Source: an uncultured Gammaproteobacteria bacterium
GTDB lineage: Bacteria; Patescibacteriota; Microgenomatia; CAZXEC01
Assembly: GCA_964639595.1 (NCBI GenBank)
Contig: CAZXEC010000001.1
Location: forward strand, 187,750-251,749
Reading direction: 5' to 3'
DNA length: 64,000 nt
Shown: piece after piece, positions 46,029 to 55,430 of the stretch
How positions within the stretch are numbered: position 1 is the first letter of the stretch
How the letters are laid out: every line of letters starts with the position of its first letter
Notes under the pieces: model-generated
The model's input: the letters and a program-made list of their open reading frames with translations, nothing else
The model's database searches: none
Told to the model about the DNA's origin: nothing
Translations under genes and position numbers: made by a program

Positions 46029-46884
46029 TAAGATTATCATGACCATGCGTCGCTCTCCCTATCAATCACTGATTGCTATATCAGTTATGTCTTTGATGTT
46101 TTTCTTTGTCAGCATGTTTTTAGTATTGACTGTTTCGTCGCAAATTATTCTGCAGTATTTTGAAACCAGGCCCAAAGTCATAGTTTATCTAAAAGATGAT
46201 ATTGCCACATCACAGTTGGCAGAAATTAAATTCGTCTTGGAAGAATCAGATAAGGTATCACAAATCAAACATTTGACCAAAGAGGATGCATTAATAGAAT
46301 ACAAAAAAACTTTTGCTAATGATCCGCAACTCTTGGATTTGGTAACAGCCAAAATCCTGCCAGCTTCTATTGAATTTTCTACTGCCAAATTAGAAGATTT
46401 AAAAGATGTGGCCAACTTGGTAAAAGGCAAACCGGGAGTTGATAAAGTTGAGTTCTTGGAAGATGTGGTTAATAACTTAATATTTTGGACTTCCAGGATC
46501 AGGATGGCTGGAATTATTTTAGTTTCTCTGTTGTCTGCCGCTTCTATTCTGATTATGCTGATGGTTATTGGCATGAAGATTGCGATGCGCCGGCAAGAAA
46601 TTGAAATTTTCCAACTTGTAGGCGCCTCCCCCTGGTACATTAGAATTCCTTATATTTTAGAAGGTGCAGCATACAGTGTGATCGGTGCTCTAGTTTCAAT
46701 TGTGGTAGTAGGAGCGGCCTTTTTCAGTCTATCCCCTCAAGTTTATGCGTATTTTAGTGAGGTTCCCAGTTTGCCACTATCGCCGCTTTATCTGGCAGCA
46801 ATGGCAGGTGGAGAGCTGGCGGCTGCGTTTCTTCTGGGGGCAATTGGTGCCTTTTTAGCTGTTTGGCGCTATCTTAAAGTCTAA
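46021..46884 (+). CDS. ftsX: cell-division permease FtsX
   Basis: One TM, extracellular domain, then 3 TM; operon position directly after ftsE. Confidence 0.85.
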   Translation: MIDKIIMTMRRSPYQSLIAISVMSLMFFFVSMFLVLTVSSQIILQYFETRPKVIVYLKDDIATSQLAEIKFVLEESDKVSQIKHLTKEDALIEYKKTFANDPQLLDLVTAKILPASIEFSTAKLEDLKDVANLVKGKPGVDKVEFLEDVVNNLIFWTSRIRMAGIILVSLLSAASILIMLMVIGMKIAMRRQEIEIFQLVGASPWYIRIPYILEGAAYSVIGALVSIVVVGAAFFSLSPQVYAYFSEVPSLPLSPLYLAAMAGGELAAAFLLGAIGAFLAVWRYLKV

Positions 46885-46889
46885 ATGGC

Positions 46890-48071
46890 ATGCGGAAAAA
46901 AGTATTGGTGTTTGTATCTGCTTTAATATTTCTTTATCCTGTGCCAGCCTTGGCTCAAAGCACAGCAGATACGCTATCTGGTTTGAATGACAAAATTCGG
47001 CAGCTACAGGAACAAATTGCCCAGTCAAAAAATACCCAGCAAACTTTATCATCACAAATTGCTGCCATGGATAGGCAGATACAACTGACTACCTTAAAAA
47101 TTAGCCAAGCTAAGCAAAAAGTTATCCAGCTGGAGGCAGATATTGGAGATTTATCCAAGAAGATAGTCAACTTGGAAGCTAGCTTGGATAAAATTACTAA
47201 TTTATTACTGGAAAGGATTGTAGCTACCTATGAGGAATCCAAAAACAATGATGATATACAATTGCTTTTCTCATCTGCATCTTTCGGAGATTTAATTTCC
47301 CGCTATCGTTACCTGCAACTTATTCAATCGAATGATAAAAAATTGCTGTTACAGATGCAGGCAACCAAAAATAATTACCAAGACCAAAAAACATTACTGC
47401 AAGATAAACAAACCCAAATTGAAGCGGCTAAAAAAGAACTGGAACGACAGGAGATTGCCTTAAACCAACAGAGGAAAGATAAAGAAAATCTACTGCAGGT
47501 CACTAAAAATGATGAAAAAAGATATCAAAAACTCTTACAAGAGGCGCAAGCGCAAGTGCAGGCCTTTAAGTCATTCGCTTCTTCAAAAGGTGGAGTTGCC
47601 ATCTTGCCTGCTCAAGCGAGTCCTGATGGCTGGTACTATAACCAAAGGGATGAGCGGTGGGGAAGAAGCTTTATTGGCTCATCACCTGAACAAATATGGG
47701 ATGTGGGCTGTTTAGTGACGTCGGTAGCAATGGTGCTGAAACAATCCGGCAATAATGTCACTCCGCTAGATATTGCCGCCAACTCCTCTTATTATTTTGC
47801 CAGTACGGCCTATATGTTAATTCCCTGGGGCGGAGGGAAATTTTCTTCTGTCTGGGGATATAATAAATCGTCAGTAGACGGCATGTTATCTAGCGGTAAA
47901 CCAGTAGTTGTGGGACTTCGGGCCGGAGTGTATGGAATGCATTTTGTGGTGTTAAAAAGCGGAGCAGGCGGCAATTATATCATGAATGATCCTTGGAATG
48001 GAGCGAACTTAAAATTCACCGACTACTATTCAACAGGACAGATTTTTGAATACGGGTTTTATAATGGATGA
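46890..48071 (+). CDS. secreted coiled-coil protein with C-terminal papain-like (Peptidase_C39_2/CHAP-like) domain - PcsB/EnvC-type FtsEX-coupled cell-wall hydrolase candidate
   Basis: Signal peptide, ~230 aa of Gln/Leu-rich coiled coil, then a ...W.VGCLVTSVAMVL... (Cys) ... GMHFVVL (His) papain-like catalytic arrangement. Confidence 0.6.
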   Translation: MRKKVLVFVSALIFLYPVPALAQSTADTLSGLNDKIRQLQEQIAQSKNTQQTLSSQIAAMDRQIQLTTLKISQAKQKVIQLEADIGDLSKKIVNLEASLDKITNLLLERIVATYEESKNNDDIQLLFSSASFGDLISRYRYLQLIQSNDKKLLLQMQATKNNYQDQKTLLQDKQTQIEAAKKELERQEIALNQQRKDKENLLQVTKNDEKRYQKLLQEAQAQVQAFKSFASSKGGVAILPAQASPDGWYYNQRDERWGRSFIGSSPEQIWDVGCLVTSVAMVLKQSGNNVTPLDIAANSSYYFASTAYMLIPWGGGKFSSVWGYNKSSVDGMLSSGKPVVVGLRAGVYGMHFVVLKSGAGGNYIMNDPWNGANLKFTDYYSTGQIFEYGFYNG

Positions 48072-48083
48072 AAAACAGTTCTT

Positions 48084-49172
48084 TTGTTAGTGTATCGCAT
48101 GAGAGCTCCTGTCATTTTACTGGTGATATTGTTTTTTGGTTGTACTGTCAAGGTGGCGTGGGCTGCTGCTTCTTTGGATGTGGTATTAAGTGAGGTTATG
48201 TGGATGGGCACTACTGCCTCTGCTGCTGATGAGTGGATAGAACTTTATAATAATACTAACTCGGATGTTGATATAACTGGTTGGGGTATTTATGAGGCTG
48301 GTGGTAGTACTCTGGTGGAAGACTTGAGCGGCATGATTGGCGCCAAGTCTTATTATTTAATTGAAAGAACTGATGATAATACAATAAGTAATGTTACAGC
48401 TTCTCAACCACCGACCAGTTGGGGTGGAAGCGGTCTTAATAATTCTGGCGAGCATCTGGTTTTAAAAGATCAGAATGGAATTATTGTAGATGAAGTTAAT
48501 GCCTTAACTGGTTGGTTTGCTGGCAGCAATAGCAGTACCAGTGAAAGAGCCAGTATGGAGAGGATTAATTTTAACGCTGCTGGTAGCGATGCTGGTAACT
48601 GGGCCACCAACAACAAACAAACAGCCAATGCTAGAGATGCTGCTGGTAATGTTATCTGGGGAACCCCGAAAGCAGCCAACAGTCAAACCAACCAGCCAAC
48701 CTCCACTCCACCTACAGACACTCCTACTCCCACGCCAACCCCGATTCAATCGGGGCCAACACCTACGCCAACTCCAACCCTGACCCCCACGCCAACACCC
48801 CAGACAACTGCCACGCCCAAACCAACTACTACTCCTAAGGCTACTGCCACTCCCACCCCAATACCCAAGGCCACCATCTCATCTACAGCAACTCCTAACC
48901 CTACTCAAATTTTGGCTGCCCAAGCCACCAATCCTGCCAAAAAAGCAACTGCTACACTTACTGCAGGAAAAGAAGCCAGCATCTCTTATGAAATCATTGA
49001 TATGGCAACGTCAGAGGCTCACAGCACTTCCTCGTCATCAACTGCTCAAACAGGTCAAGATACCAATCAAACCATTGGGGGGATATTGCTGATGGCGGGC
49101 GCTCTGCTGTCTGTTGCATCAGTGGGCTTTCATCTGTTTCAAAAGAGGAAAATTCCTCCACTTACCCCATGA
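48084..49172 (+). CDS. lamin-tail-domain (LTD) surface protein with Thr/Pro linker and C-terminal TM anchor
   Basis: LSEVMWMG...DEWIELYN...ITGWGI LTD motifs, TPTPTP linker carrying a palindromic-repeat insertion (PIQSGP), C-terminal hydrophobic anchor. Confidence 0.6.
   Translation: MLVYRMRAPVILLVILFFGCTVKVAWAAASLDVVLSEVMWMGTTASAADEWIELYNNTNSDVDITGWGIYEAGGSTLVEDLSGMIGAKSYYLIERTDDNTISNVTASQPPTSWGGSGLNNSGEHLVLKDQNGIIVDEVNALTGWFAGSNSSTSERASMERINFNAAGSDAGNWATNNKQTANARDAAGNVIWGTPKAANSQTNQPTSTPPTDTPTPTPTPIQSGPTPTPTPTLTPTPTPQTTATPKPTTTPKATATPTPIPKATISSTATPNPTQILAAQATNPAKKATATLTAGKEASISYEIIDMATSEAHSTSSSSTAQTGQDTNQTIGGILLMAGALLSVASVGFHLFQKRKIPPLTP
48739..48755. repeat. palindromic element copy inside the Thr/Pro linker of the LTD protein
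   Basis: CCCCGATTCAATCGGGG, a perfect palindrome; translated as PIQSG. Confidence 0.7.
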
Positions 49173-49197
49173 GTAGATTCTTTGGTAAAATATTATC

Positions 49198-49572
49198 ATG
49201 CAAAAGATTAATCGGTGGTGGCCGGTTTTTTTATGGGCGGGCTTAATTTTTGTTGGATCATCTCTGCCGGTTGTTAAAACCAGTACTAGCTATTGGGAAG
49301 ATTTTATCTTAAAAAAACTGGTACACTTACTGGAGTATGCAGCGCTTTATTTATTCTTATATAGGGCTACTTACCGAAATTGGCAGCAGGCTTTGGCGAT
49401 ATCCATAGTCTATGCTATAACAGATGAGATTCATCAAAGTTTTACGCCCGGCAGAGAGCCAGCTATCCGCGATGTTATTATTGACAGCACAGGCGCTTCT
49501 GTGGCGGGGATAATTTTATGGAAGTATCAACCAATTCTGCCCAAAAAACTCAAGAATTGGCTTTTAAAATAG
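49198..49572 (+). CDS. VanZ-family membrane protein
   Basis: Four TM helices with ITDEIHQSFTPGREPAIRDVIIDSTG. Confidence 0.6.
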   Translation: MQKINRWWPVFLWAGLIFVGSSLPVVKTSTSYWEDFILKKLVHLLEYAALYLFLYRATYRNWQQALAISIVYAITDEIHQSFTPGREPAIRDVIIDSTGASVAGIILWKYQPILPKKLKNWLLK

Positions 49573-49952
49573 CCGGAGACCTTAAAGTGGGCGATATAAT
49601 TGCCTTGCAGGGTGATCTGGGCAGTGGCAAAACCACTTTTGTCCAAGGATTGGCTCGCGCCCTCGGGGTTACCAGAAGAGTAACTTCCCCCACTTTTGTA
49701 TTTGTTAAATCCTATCCTGCTCAAATTAACCAACAGCCTACGGTCTTGTACCATATCGATTTATACAGGTCGCAGTCCGCGCATGATGTTGCCAGTTTAG
49801 GCCTGGAAGACATCGTAGCTGATCCCAACGTTGTTATTTGTGTTGAATGGCCGGAAAAAGCCCCTGAACTTTTCCAGAGAGCTACCATCAAGATTAGTTT
49901 CTATAATATCAGTGATAACATAAGAAGAATAGTAGTTGATAGAAATATATGA
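49518..49952 (+). CDS. tsaE: tRNA t6A biosynthesis ATPase TsaE
   Basis: P-loop GDLGSGKTT and the SPTF motif. Confidence 0.8.
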   Translation: MEVSTNSAQKTQELAFKIAGDLKVGDIIALQGDLGSGKTTFVQGLARALGVTRRVTSPTFVFVKSYPAQINQQPTVLYHIDLYRSQSAHDVASLGLEDIVADPNVVICVEWPEKAPELFQRATIKISFYNISDNIRRIVVDRNI

Positions 49953-50533
49953 ATAATTGGGGCAAGGCAAGAGGTTTAGTTAAAAATGGCGGAGTAATAG
50001 TATTCCCGACCGATACGGTTTGGGGGATAGGTTGTCTTTTTGATAATGAGCAAGCGGTGGAGAGAATTTTTACCATCAAAAAAAGACCCAAAGATCTGCC
50101 GCTGCAGGTTTTGATTGCCGACAAGCAGCAACTTGATTTATTGGTTGATCAACTGCCGGATCATATCAGGCAAATGATGGAAAAATTTTGGCCGGGGGCA
50201 TTGACTATTATCATGGATGCCAAAGACGGTTTAGACTTGCCTTTAGTCATTGTAGATCGTAGTATTGGTATCAGGCTTCCCAACCACCAGGACTTGAGAA
50301 ATTTTATCAATGACTTAGGCAAACCATTGGCCGCCACCTCTGCCAACTTTCATGGTGAGATAGCTCCGGTTGCCAAAGCTGATTTGTCAACAGATTTTAT
50401 CAGACAGGTGGATTTGGTATTGGATGGCAAGACAGGTTTTGGAGTAGAATCAACTGTAGTTGATGCCAGAACGCGCCAGTTGAAAATAATCAGACAAGGA
50501 GCGGTTCATTTAGGGGAAAGCGTCAAGGGGTAA
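49949..50533 (+). CDS. tsaC: L-threonylcarbamoyladenylate synthase (TsaC/YrdC family)
   Basis: VFPTDTVWGIGC and ATSANFHGE motifs. Confidence 0.8.
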   Translation: MNNWGKARGLVKNGGVIVFPTDTVWGIGCLFDNEQAVERIFTIKKRPKDLPLQVLIADKQQLDLLVDQLPDHIRQMMEKFWPGALTIIMDAKDGLDLPLVIVDRSIGIRLPNHQDLRNFINDLGKPLAATSANFHGEIAPVAKADLSTDFIRQVDLVLDGKTGFGVESTVVDARTRQLKIIRQGAVHLGESVKG

Positions 50534-50542
50534 GGGGAAAGA

Positions 50543-50866
50543 ATGATATTGAAGATTGACACCACAGACAGGCAGAAAATTCAAGTTGAGCTGACAGATG
50601 CCAAATCAGGTAAAATTGATAGTATAGAAAAACACAATCAAGTCGGCTCGCAGGTGCTGCTTGTCGCCATAGAAGAGTTGTTATCAAAAAATGGCGTGTT
50701 ATTATCTGATTTAAAAGAAGTTCAGGTCAATCGAGGGCCAGGTTCTTACACCGGCACCCGCGTTGGGGTAGCTGTGGCCAATGCCCTATCGTGGGGACTG
50801 GGATTAAAAAAAGTAAGCGAGCTGGAGATGCCAATTTATGAGCCAGATAAGTATGGGCAAAAATAA
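50543..50866 (+). CDS. tsaB: TsaB-like protein, N-terminal ASKHA half only (107 aa)
   Basis: GPGSYTGTRVGVAVANAL motif; about half the usual TsaB length. Confidence 0.55.
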   Translation: MILKIDTTDRQKIQVELTDAKSGKIDSIEKHNQVGSQVLLVAIEELLSKNGVLLSDLKEVQVNRGPGSYTGTRVGVAVANALSWGLGLKKVSELEMPIYEPDKYGQK

Positions 50867-50958
50867 ACTACCAATTTCCAATTGTTACCAATAAATACCA
50901 ATTAACAAAGCAGTCTAATTAGACATTTGATATTTGACATTGGTAATTATTCAATCTT

Positions 50959-51879
50959 ATGAAAGTTTTAGTCACCGGCGGAGCCGGATTCATCGGTTCG
51001 CATGTTTGCCGGGTCCTTCTTGAGAAAGGACACCGGGTGAGTGTGGTAGATAATTTATCCCATGGGCAAAAAACAGCCATCCCGCAAGGAGTTGATTTTT
51101 TCCAGGTTGATGTTGCCAACAAGGAGGAAATGACCAGAGTTCTTACTGGCCATGAAGCAGTAATTCATATGGCTTCTTTGATTGAAGTGGGAGAATCAGT
51201 CAAAAAACCGCAAGAATTTGCTCAAAATAACATTGTGGGGACTGTGGCTTTGCTGGAAGCGATGGAAAAGTCTAATGTTAAAAAAATTATTTTTTCTTCC
51301 AGTGCTTGCGTATACGGCCGGCCCCACCAGTTGCCGATCACCGAAGATGATCCATTGGGGGAACAGGAAAATCCTTATGGTGCCACTAAAGTCTGCATGG
51401 AACAGTTTTGCGCCCTGTACCACCGGCTATTTGGGTTTGATGTGGTGATTCTGCGGTATTTTAATCCCTATGGGCCGGGTGAGGAGCATCAGCCGGAAAC
51501 TCATGCCATTCCTAACTTTATCAAAGCAGCCCTCAACAAACAGCCCTTGCCGGTTTTTTGGCAAGGAGAACAGGTGAGGGATTTTATTTATATAGAAGAC
51601 TTAGCCCGAGCGCATGTGGCGCCCTTGGAGTGTTTGGGCCTACATTATTATAATATTGGTACAGAAACCGGGGTAAAAGTTAAAGATGTCATTAGCGCCA
51701 TTTCTGATATTTTGGGGTATCGGTTGGAAATAGCGGATAAGGGCAACAGATCAGGGGATGTGCCGGAACTGGTGGCCTCATCTGCCAAAATAAAAAAAGA
51801 ACTGGGCTGGAGCGCCCAAGTTGACTTAAAAGAAGGTCTGCGCCGCACCATTGAGTACTATAAAAAATTATCTGTTTAG
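50959..51879 (+). CDS. galE: UDP-glucose 4-epimerase / NAD-dependent sugar epimerase
   Basis: VLVTGGAGFIGSH Rossmann motif and the YGATK catalytic YxxxK. Confidence 0.7.
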   Translation: MKVLVTGGAGFIGSHVCRVLLEKGHRVSVVDNLSHGQKTAIPQGVDFFQVDVANKEEMTRVLTGHEAVIHMASLIEVGESVKKPQEFAQNNIVGTVALLEAMEKSNVKKIIFSSSACVYGRPHQLPITEDDPLGEQENPYGATKVCMEQFCALYHRLFGFDVVILRYFNPYGPGEEHQPETHAIPNFIKAALNKQPLPVFWQGEQVRDFIYIEDLARAHVAPLECLGLHYYNIGTETGVKVKDVISAISDILGYRLEIADKGNRSGDVPELVASSAKIKKELGWSAQVDLKEGLRRTIEYYKKLSV

Positions 51880-52060
51880 TCCTTCAGTATTTTGATTTTT
51901 TGGTTCGTCTGATTTGATCTTTAAGCCCTCTTTCTGTTATTATTGGCCGCAATAATGGGAATGTTTGCGGCAACAGCTGCCGCAGGATGGTTTTCCATTA
52001 GCTCTTTAACAAATTTAGTTGTGAAGTCGCGTAAGACGGGATGAAAAAAGGAGGCTTGAG

Positions 52061-52555
52061 GTGAACAGAGCAGTAAGCTGGATGCCGGCAATTTGGATTC
52101 CAGGAGTTTGGGCGGCGCTCTATTATTGGTTTATTGTAGGTAACTCACAGAGCCATCCGCTTCTCCTTTGGGGAGTGGGGGCTTTGATCGTCTGGCAAAT
52201 TACGTTTTTTATAACAGACTGCCCCGGACCAATTCCTCCCAAGGGACGTGATTACATACCACCTTATCCCTATTTTGTGGCAATAATGGGGGTTATCATA
52301 CTTTTTCTGGGTATGATAGCGGGCTGGTTGGCCACCACTCCTGGTTTGACCAGAGTCATTGCCGCTGTCCTGATCGGGCTGGAAAACCTGCTGGTTTACC
52401 ATAGCGTTTCTCATAGCAGCTGGGACGATCCATATTATGGAAGTTCCCTTGTTCCTCGGTTAGTCAAATGGTCCTTTGTTCCAATAGGATTGCTGGGGCT
52501 AGCCGGTTTGACGGAATTGATCGGCCACATCACCAAGCTAGCAGAATGCCTGTAA
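52061..52555 (+). CDS. integral membrane protein (hypothetical)
   Basis: 164 aa with 4-5 hydrophobic helices. Confidence 0.4.
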   Translation: MNRAVSWMPAIWIPGVWAALYYWFIVGNSQSHPLLLWGVGALIVWQITFFITDCPGPIPPKGRDYIPPYPYFVAIMGVIILFLGMIAGWLATTPGLTRVIAAVLIGLENLLVYHSVSHSSWDDPYYGSSLVPRLVKWSFVPIGLLGLAGLTELIGHITKLAECL

Positions 52556-52566
52556 AGGAGGGGGAA

Positions 52567-52761
52567 ATGTCATCAATTTGGATGTTGACTGTTGCTCTTT
52601 TGGCGAGCACCGGAGGAGTCTTCGCAACCATGGGTCTTGCAACGCAAGAGAACTCCTTTATAGCCACTGGAGCAGGACTGCTCTTAATGTCCATGATAGG
52701 ATCATTCATCGGTCTGCTGGGAGCATTAGTTACAATATGCAGCAGATCGAGGACCAGTTAA
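52567..52761 (+). CDS. small membrane protein (2 TM); start reassigned to the internal ATG preceded by AAGGAGGGGG
   Basis: Strong Shine-Dalgarno 6 nt upstream of the ATG at 52567; 64 aa with two hydrophobic helices. The ORF-track start at 52468 lacks an RBS. Confidence 0.45.
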   Translation: MSSIWMLTVALLASTGGVFATMGLATQENSFIATGAGLLLMSMIGSFIGLLGALVTICSRSRTS

Positions 52762-52850
52762 TCTCACAACTAAATATCGTACGAATACCCGCCTTCATTC
52801 TGCTAAAAAACAGAATTAAGGCGGGTTATACTTTCATCCCCGTTACCCCT

Positions 52851-52884
52851 ATTTAATCCCCGATTTAATCGGGGCAATCGGGGT
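52851..52884. repeat. palindromic element copy: TATTTAATC-CCCGATTTAATCGGGG-CAATCGGGG (intergenic)
   Basis: Perfect 17-bp palindrome plus an extra half-site. Confidence 0.7.
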
Positions 52885-52923
52885 GAGATTTGTTTACTAT
52901 CCCTATTTTGATATAATATCCTC

Positions 52924-53946
52924 ATGAATCTTAGGCACTGGTTTTTGCCCCATCCTAAAAATGGCCATCGGGCTCATTTAGTTAAAATTCCCTCACTGGC
53001 GGTCTATCTTATATTACTGATTGTGGTTCAAGCTGGGCTCATTACCGCTGCCCAGATCAGGCCCGATATCTTGGGGATCAAATCAACCGTAACTTCGCAA
53101 CAGATTATCGAGCTGACTAACCAGGAACGTGCTAAAGTTGGCGCACCAGCAGTGTCTGATAATCCTCTGCTAACTACTGCTGCTATTGCCAAAGCCAAAG
53201 ATATGATCAGCCAAAATTATTGGTCACACACTGCGCCTGATGGCAGACAGCCATGGGATTTTATTGTCACAGAGGGCTATAAATATCTGTTTGCCGGCGA
53301 GAATTTAGCCAGAAATTTTACTGATTCGGATTCGGTAGTAAAAGCTTGGATTGCTTCCCCGTCGCACAAGGCTAATTTGCTGGATTCCCATTATCGGGAA
53401 ATTGGCGTGGCAGTGGTGGAAGGATTTTACGGAGGAGGAGATAGTGTTTTGGTGGTGCAGATGTTCGGCACCCGGCCTTCACAACTTGCTAGCCTGCCGC
53501 AGACAACTGCAGCTACCCCAACGCCAACTACCATACCAACTGTCACATCAGCACAAGAAATTATTGGTGGGCCACAACCGGCAATTGCGCATTTACCGAA
53601 AGAGGTAGAACTTGAGCCAGCCATTACCATCCCACGGCCACAAATTGCCTCGGCTCCCACCTTGCAAGAGACCTTATCTGTGCCGATCAAATCAACCATC
53701 AAGTCGTCAGTTGAACCGGTTGTTGATCCTTTTGTGATCACCAGGATCACAGCTCTTGTGATGATGTTTTTTGTAGCAGGCCTGTTGGCGATTGATTGGC
53801 TGGTGATATCGCGCCAAAGAGTGGTGAGGCAAGTTGGCCATCAAGGAGCCCATGCGCTTTTCTTGATTTTATTACTGGCCTTAATTTTCTCAATTCAAGC
53901 AGGCGAGATTACCCGGGAGGCGGTCAGACATGTGGCAATCTTTTAG
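52924..53946 (+). CDS. CAP/SCP (PR-1-like) domain protein with N-terminal and C-terminal membrane segments
   Basis: IIELTNQERAK...YWSHT...GENLA... CAP-domain motifs; YkwD-like. Confidence 0.55.
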   Translation: MNLRHWFLPHPKNGHRAHLVKIPSLAVYLILLIVVQAGLITAAQIRPDILGIKSTVTSQQIIELTNQERAKVGAPAVSDNPLLTTAAIAKAKDMISQNYWSHTAPDGRQPWDFIVTEGYKYLFAGENLARNFTDSDSVVKAWIASPSHKANLLDSHYREIGVAVVEGFYGGGDSVLVVQMFGTRPSQLASLPQTTAATPTPTTIPTVTSAQEIIGGPQPAIAHLPKEVELEPAITIPRPQIASAPTLQETLSVPIKSTIKSSVEPVVDPFVITRITALVMMFFVAGLLAIDWLVISRQRVVRQVGHQGAHALFLILLLALIFSIQAGEITREAVRHVAIF

Positions 53947-54201
53947 CAGGCACACTTTTGAATATTTAATTTTAGTATTGCTGGGCGCAGTTTTTATCCT
54001 GGCGTTTATTCTGGTGGGCCATAATACACCAGCCAGGATTGGCCTGTCTTTATCAGTTTCATCCATCTATGTGATTTGGGCAATTATCCACCATTGGCTT
54101 GACCATGATTTGACAGTAAAAATTATTTTAGAGTATGCTTGCTTTGCAGCGCTGGCAGCGCTGATTTTGATTGGTTTGGCCATTCAGTCGTAGACAATAT
54201 T

Positions 54202-54942
54202 ATGAAAGGTGTCATTTTAGCAGGCGGCAAAGGCACAAGGCTTTATCCTTTGACTTATGCTACCAATAAGCATTTATTGCCGGTTTATAACCAGCCGATG
54301 ATTTATTATCCAATCCAGACTTTGGTTAAAGCCGGAATTCGTGACATTATGGTGGTTTGCGGTGGCCCTCACGCCGGCCATTTTATAGGAGTTTTGAAAA
54401 ACGGGGAGGATTTTGGGATTGACCACTTGGAGTATGCTTATCAGGAAAATGAAGGCGGGATTGCCCAGGCCCTGTCCATCTGTGAGGATTTTGCCGATGG
54501 AGAACCTGTAGCAGTAATTTTGGGCGACAATACCACTGATGCTGATATCAGTCAAGCCACAAGCAGTTTTGTTAATGGGGCATTAATATTTTTGAAACAA
54601 GTTCCAGACCCGCAGCGTTTTGGTGTGCCCTATTTTGATGATAAAGACCAGACTAAAATTGTCAAAATTGAAGAAAAACCCCCAAATCCTCCCAATAATT
54701 GGGCAGTAACCGGGCTGTATGTTTATGATAATCAGGTGTTTGATTTTATCAGAAAAATGGAACCGTCAGCCAGGGGAGAATTAGAAATTACTGATGTTAA
54801 CAATCAGTACATAAAAACCGGTAGTCTTCGTTGGGCAGAGCTTAAAGGTTATTGGAGGGATGCCGGCACTTTTGATACCTTACTGGAAGCCAATAAATAC
54901 TGGGCTAAAAAATACCAGCAGGAAAATGGTAAGAGTAAGTGA
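54202..54942 (+). CDS. rmlA: glucose-1-phosphate thymidylyl/nucleotidyl-transferase (RmlA-like short form); start moved to MKGVILAGG
   Basis: GVILAGGKGTRLYPLT nucleotidyltransferase signature. Confidence 0.7.
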   Translation: MKGVILAGGKGTRLYPLTYATNKHLLPVYNQPMIYYPIQTLVKAGIRDIMVVCGGPHAGHFIGVLKNGEDFGIDHLEYAYQENEGGIAQALSICEDFADGEPVAVILGDNTTDADISQATSSFVNGALIFLKQVPDPQRFGVPYFDDKDQTKIVKIEEKPPNPPNNWAVTGLYVYDNQVFDFIRKMEPSARGELEITDVNNQYIKTGSLRWAELKGYWRDAGTFDTLLEANKYWAKKYQQENGKSK

Positions 54943-55430
54943 GTCTCTCTATGATTATTCCTGTGGATCAAAAATTGATTTCCCAAGTGATTAATACTGC
55001 CAAGCGATCTGCCCGCCGGCGCTCAAATTATAACTTTCACCAGCCCTCCGAAGCAGTGCAAAGGCTGATTAATGTTTTTTGCCAGGGTACTTATGCCCCG
55101 CCGCACCAGCATAGCAACCCGGATAAAGTGGAACTATTTATCGCCCTTGACGGTCGGGGAGTAGTGGTAGAATTTGATGACCGGGGGAAAGTTACCCGCC
55201 ATTGTGTAATTGACTCCAGGGGACCGGTTAAGGCTTGCGAGATACAACCCGGTACTTGGCATACGGTAATCGGCTTGTCTGCTGTTGACGTATTTTACGA
55301 AATAATAGAAGGACCTTACAATCCGTCAACCCATAAAAAATTTGCTCCTTGGGCGCCCAAGGAAGAGGATCAAGAGCAGGCGCAGGAATATATAGCAAAA
55401 ATATTGAAAGAGTTTAAAAAAAACTTATGA
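54939..55430 (+). CDS. WbuC-family cupin protein
   Basis: Cupin metal-site pattern HQH...E...H; operon position inside an O-antigen-like cluster. Confidence 0.45.
   Translation: MSLSMIIPVDQKLISQVINTAKRSARRRSNYNFHQPSEAVQRLINVFCQGTYAPPHQHSNPDKVELFIALDGRGVVVEFDDRGKVTRHCVIDSRGPVKACEIQPGTWHTVIGLSAVDVFYEIIEGPYNPSTHKKFAPWAPKEEDQEQAQEYIAKILKEFKKNL

Noticed and set aside
52468-52856. ORF-track calls 52468..52761 (97 aa) and 52578..52856 (92 aa)
   Set aside because: The first lacks an RBS and overlaps the upstream membrane gene. An internal ATG at 52567 with a strong AAGGAGG is the more plausible start of a 64-aa membrane protein. The second ORF is an out-of-frame overlap with no features.
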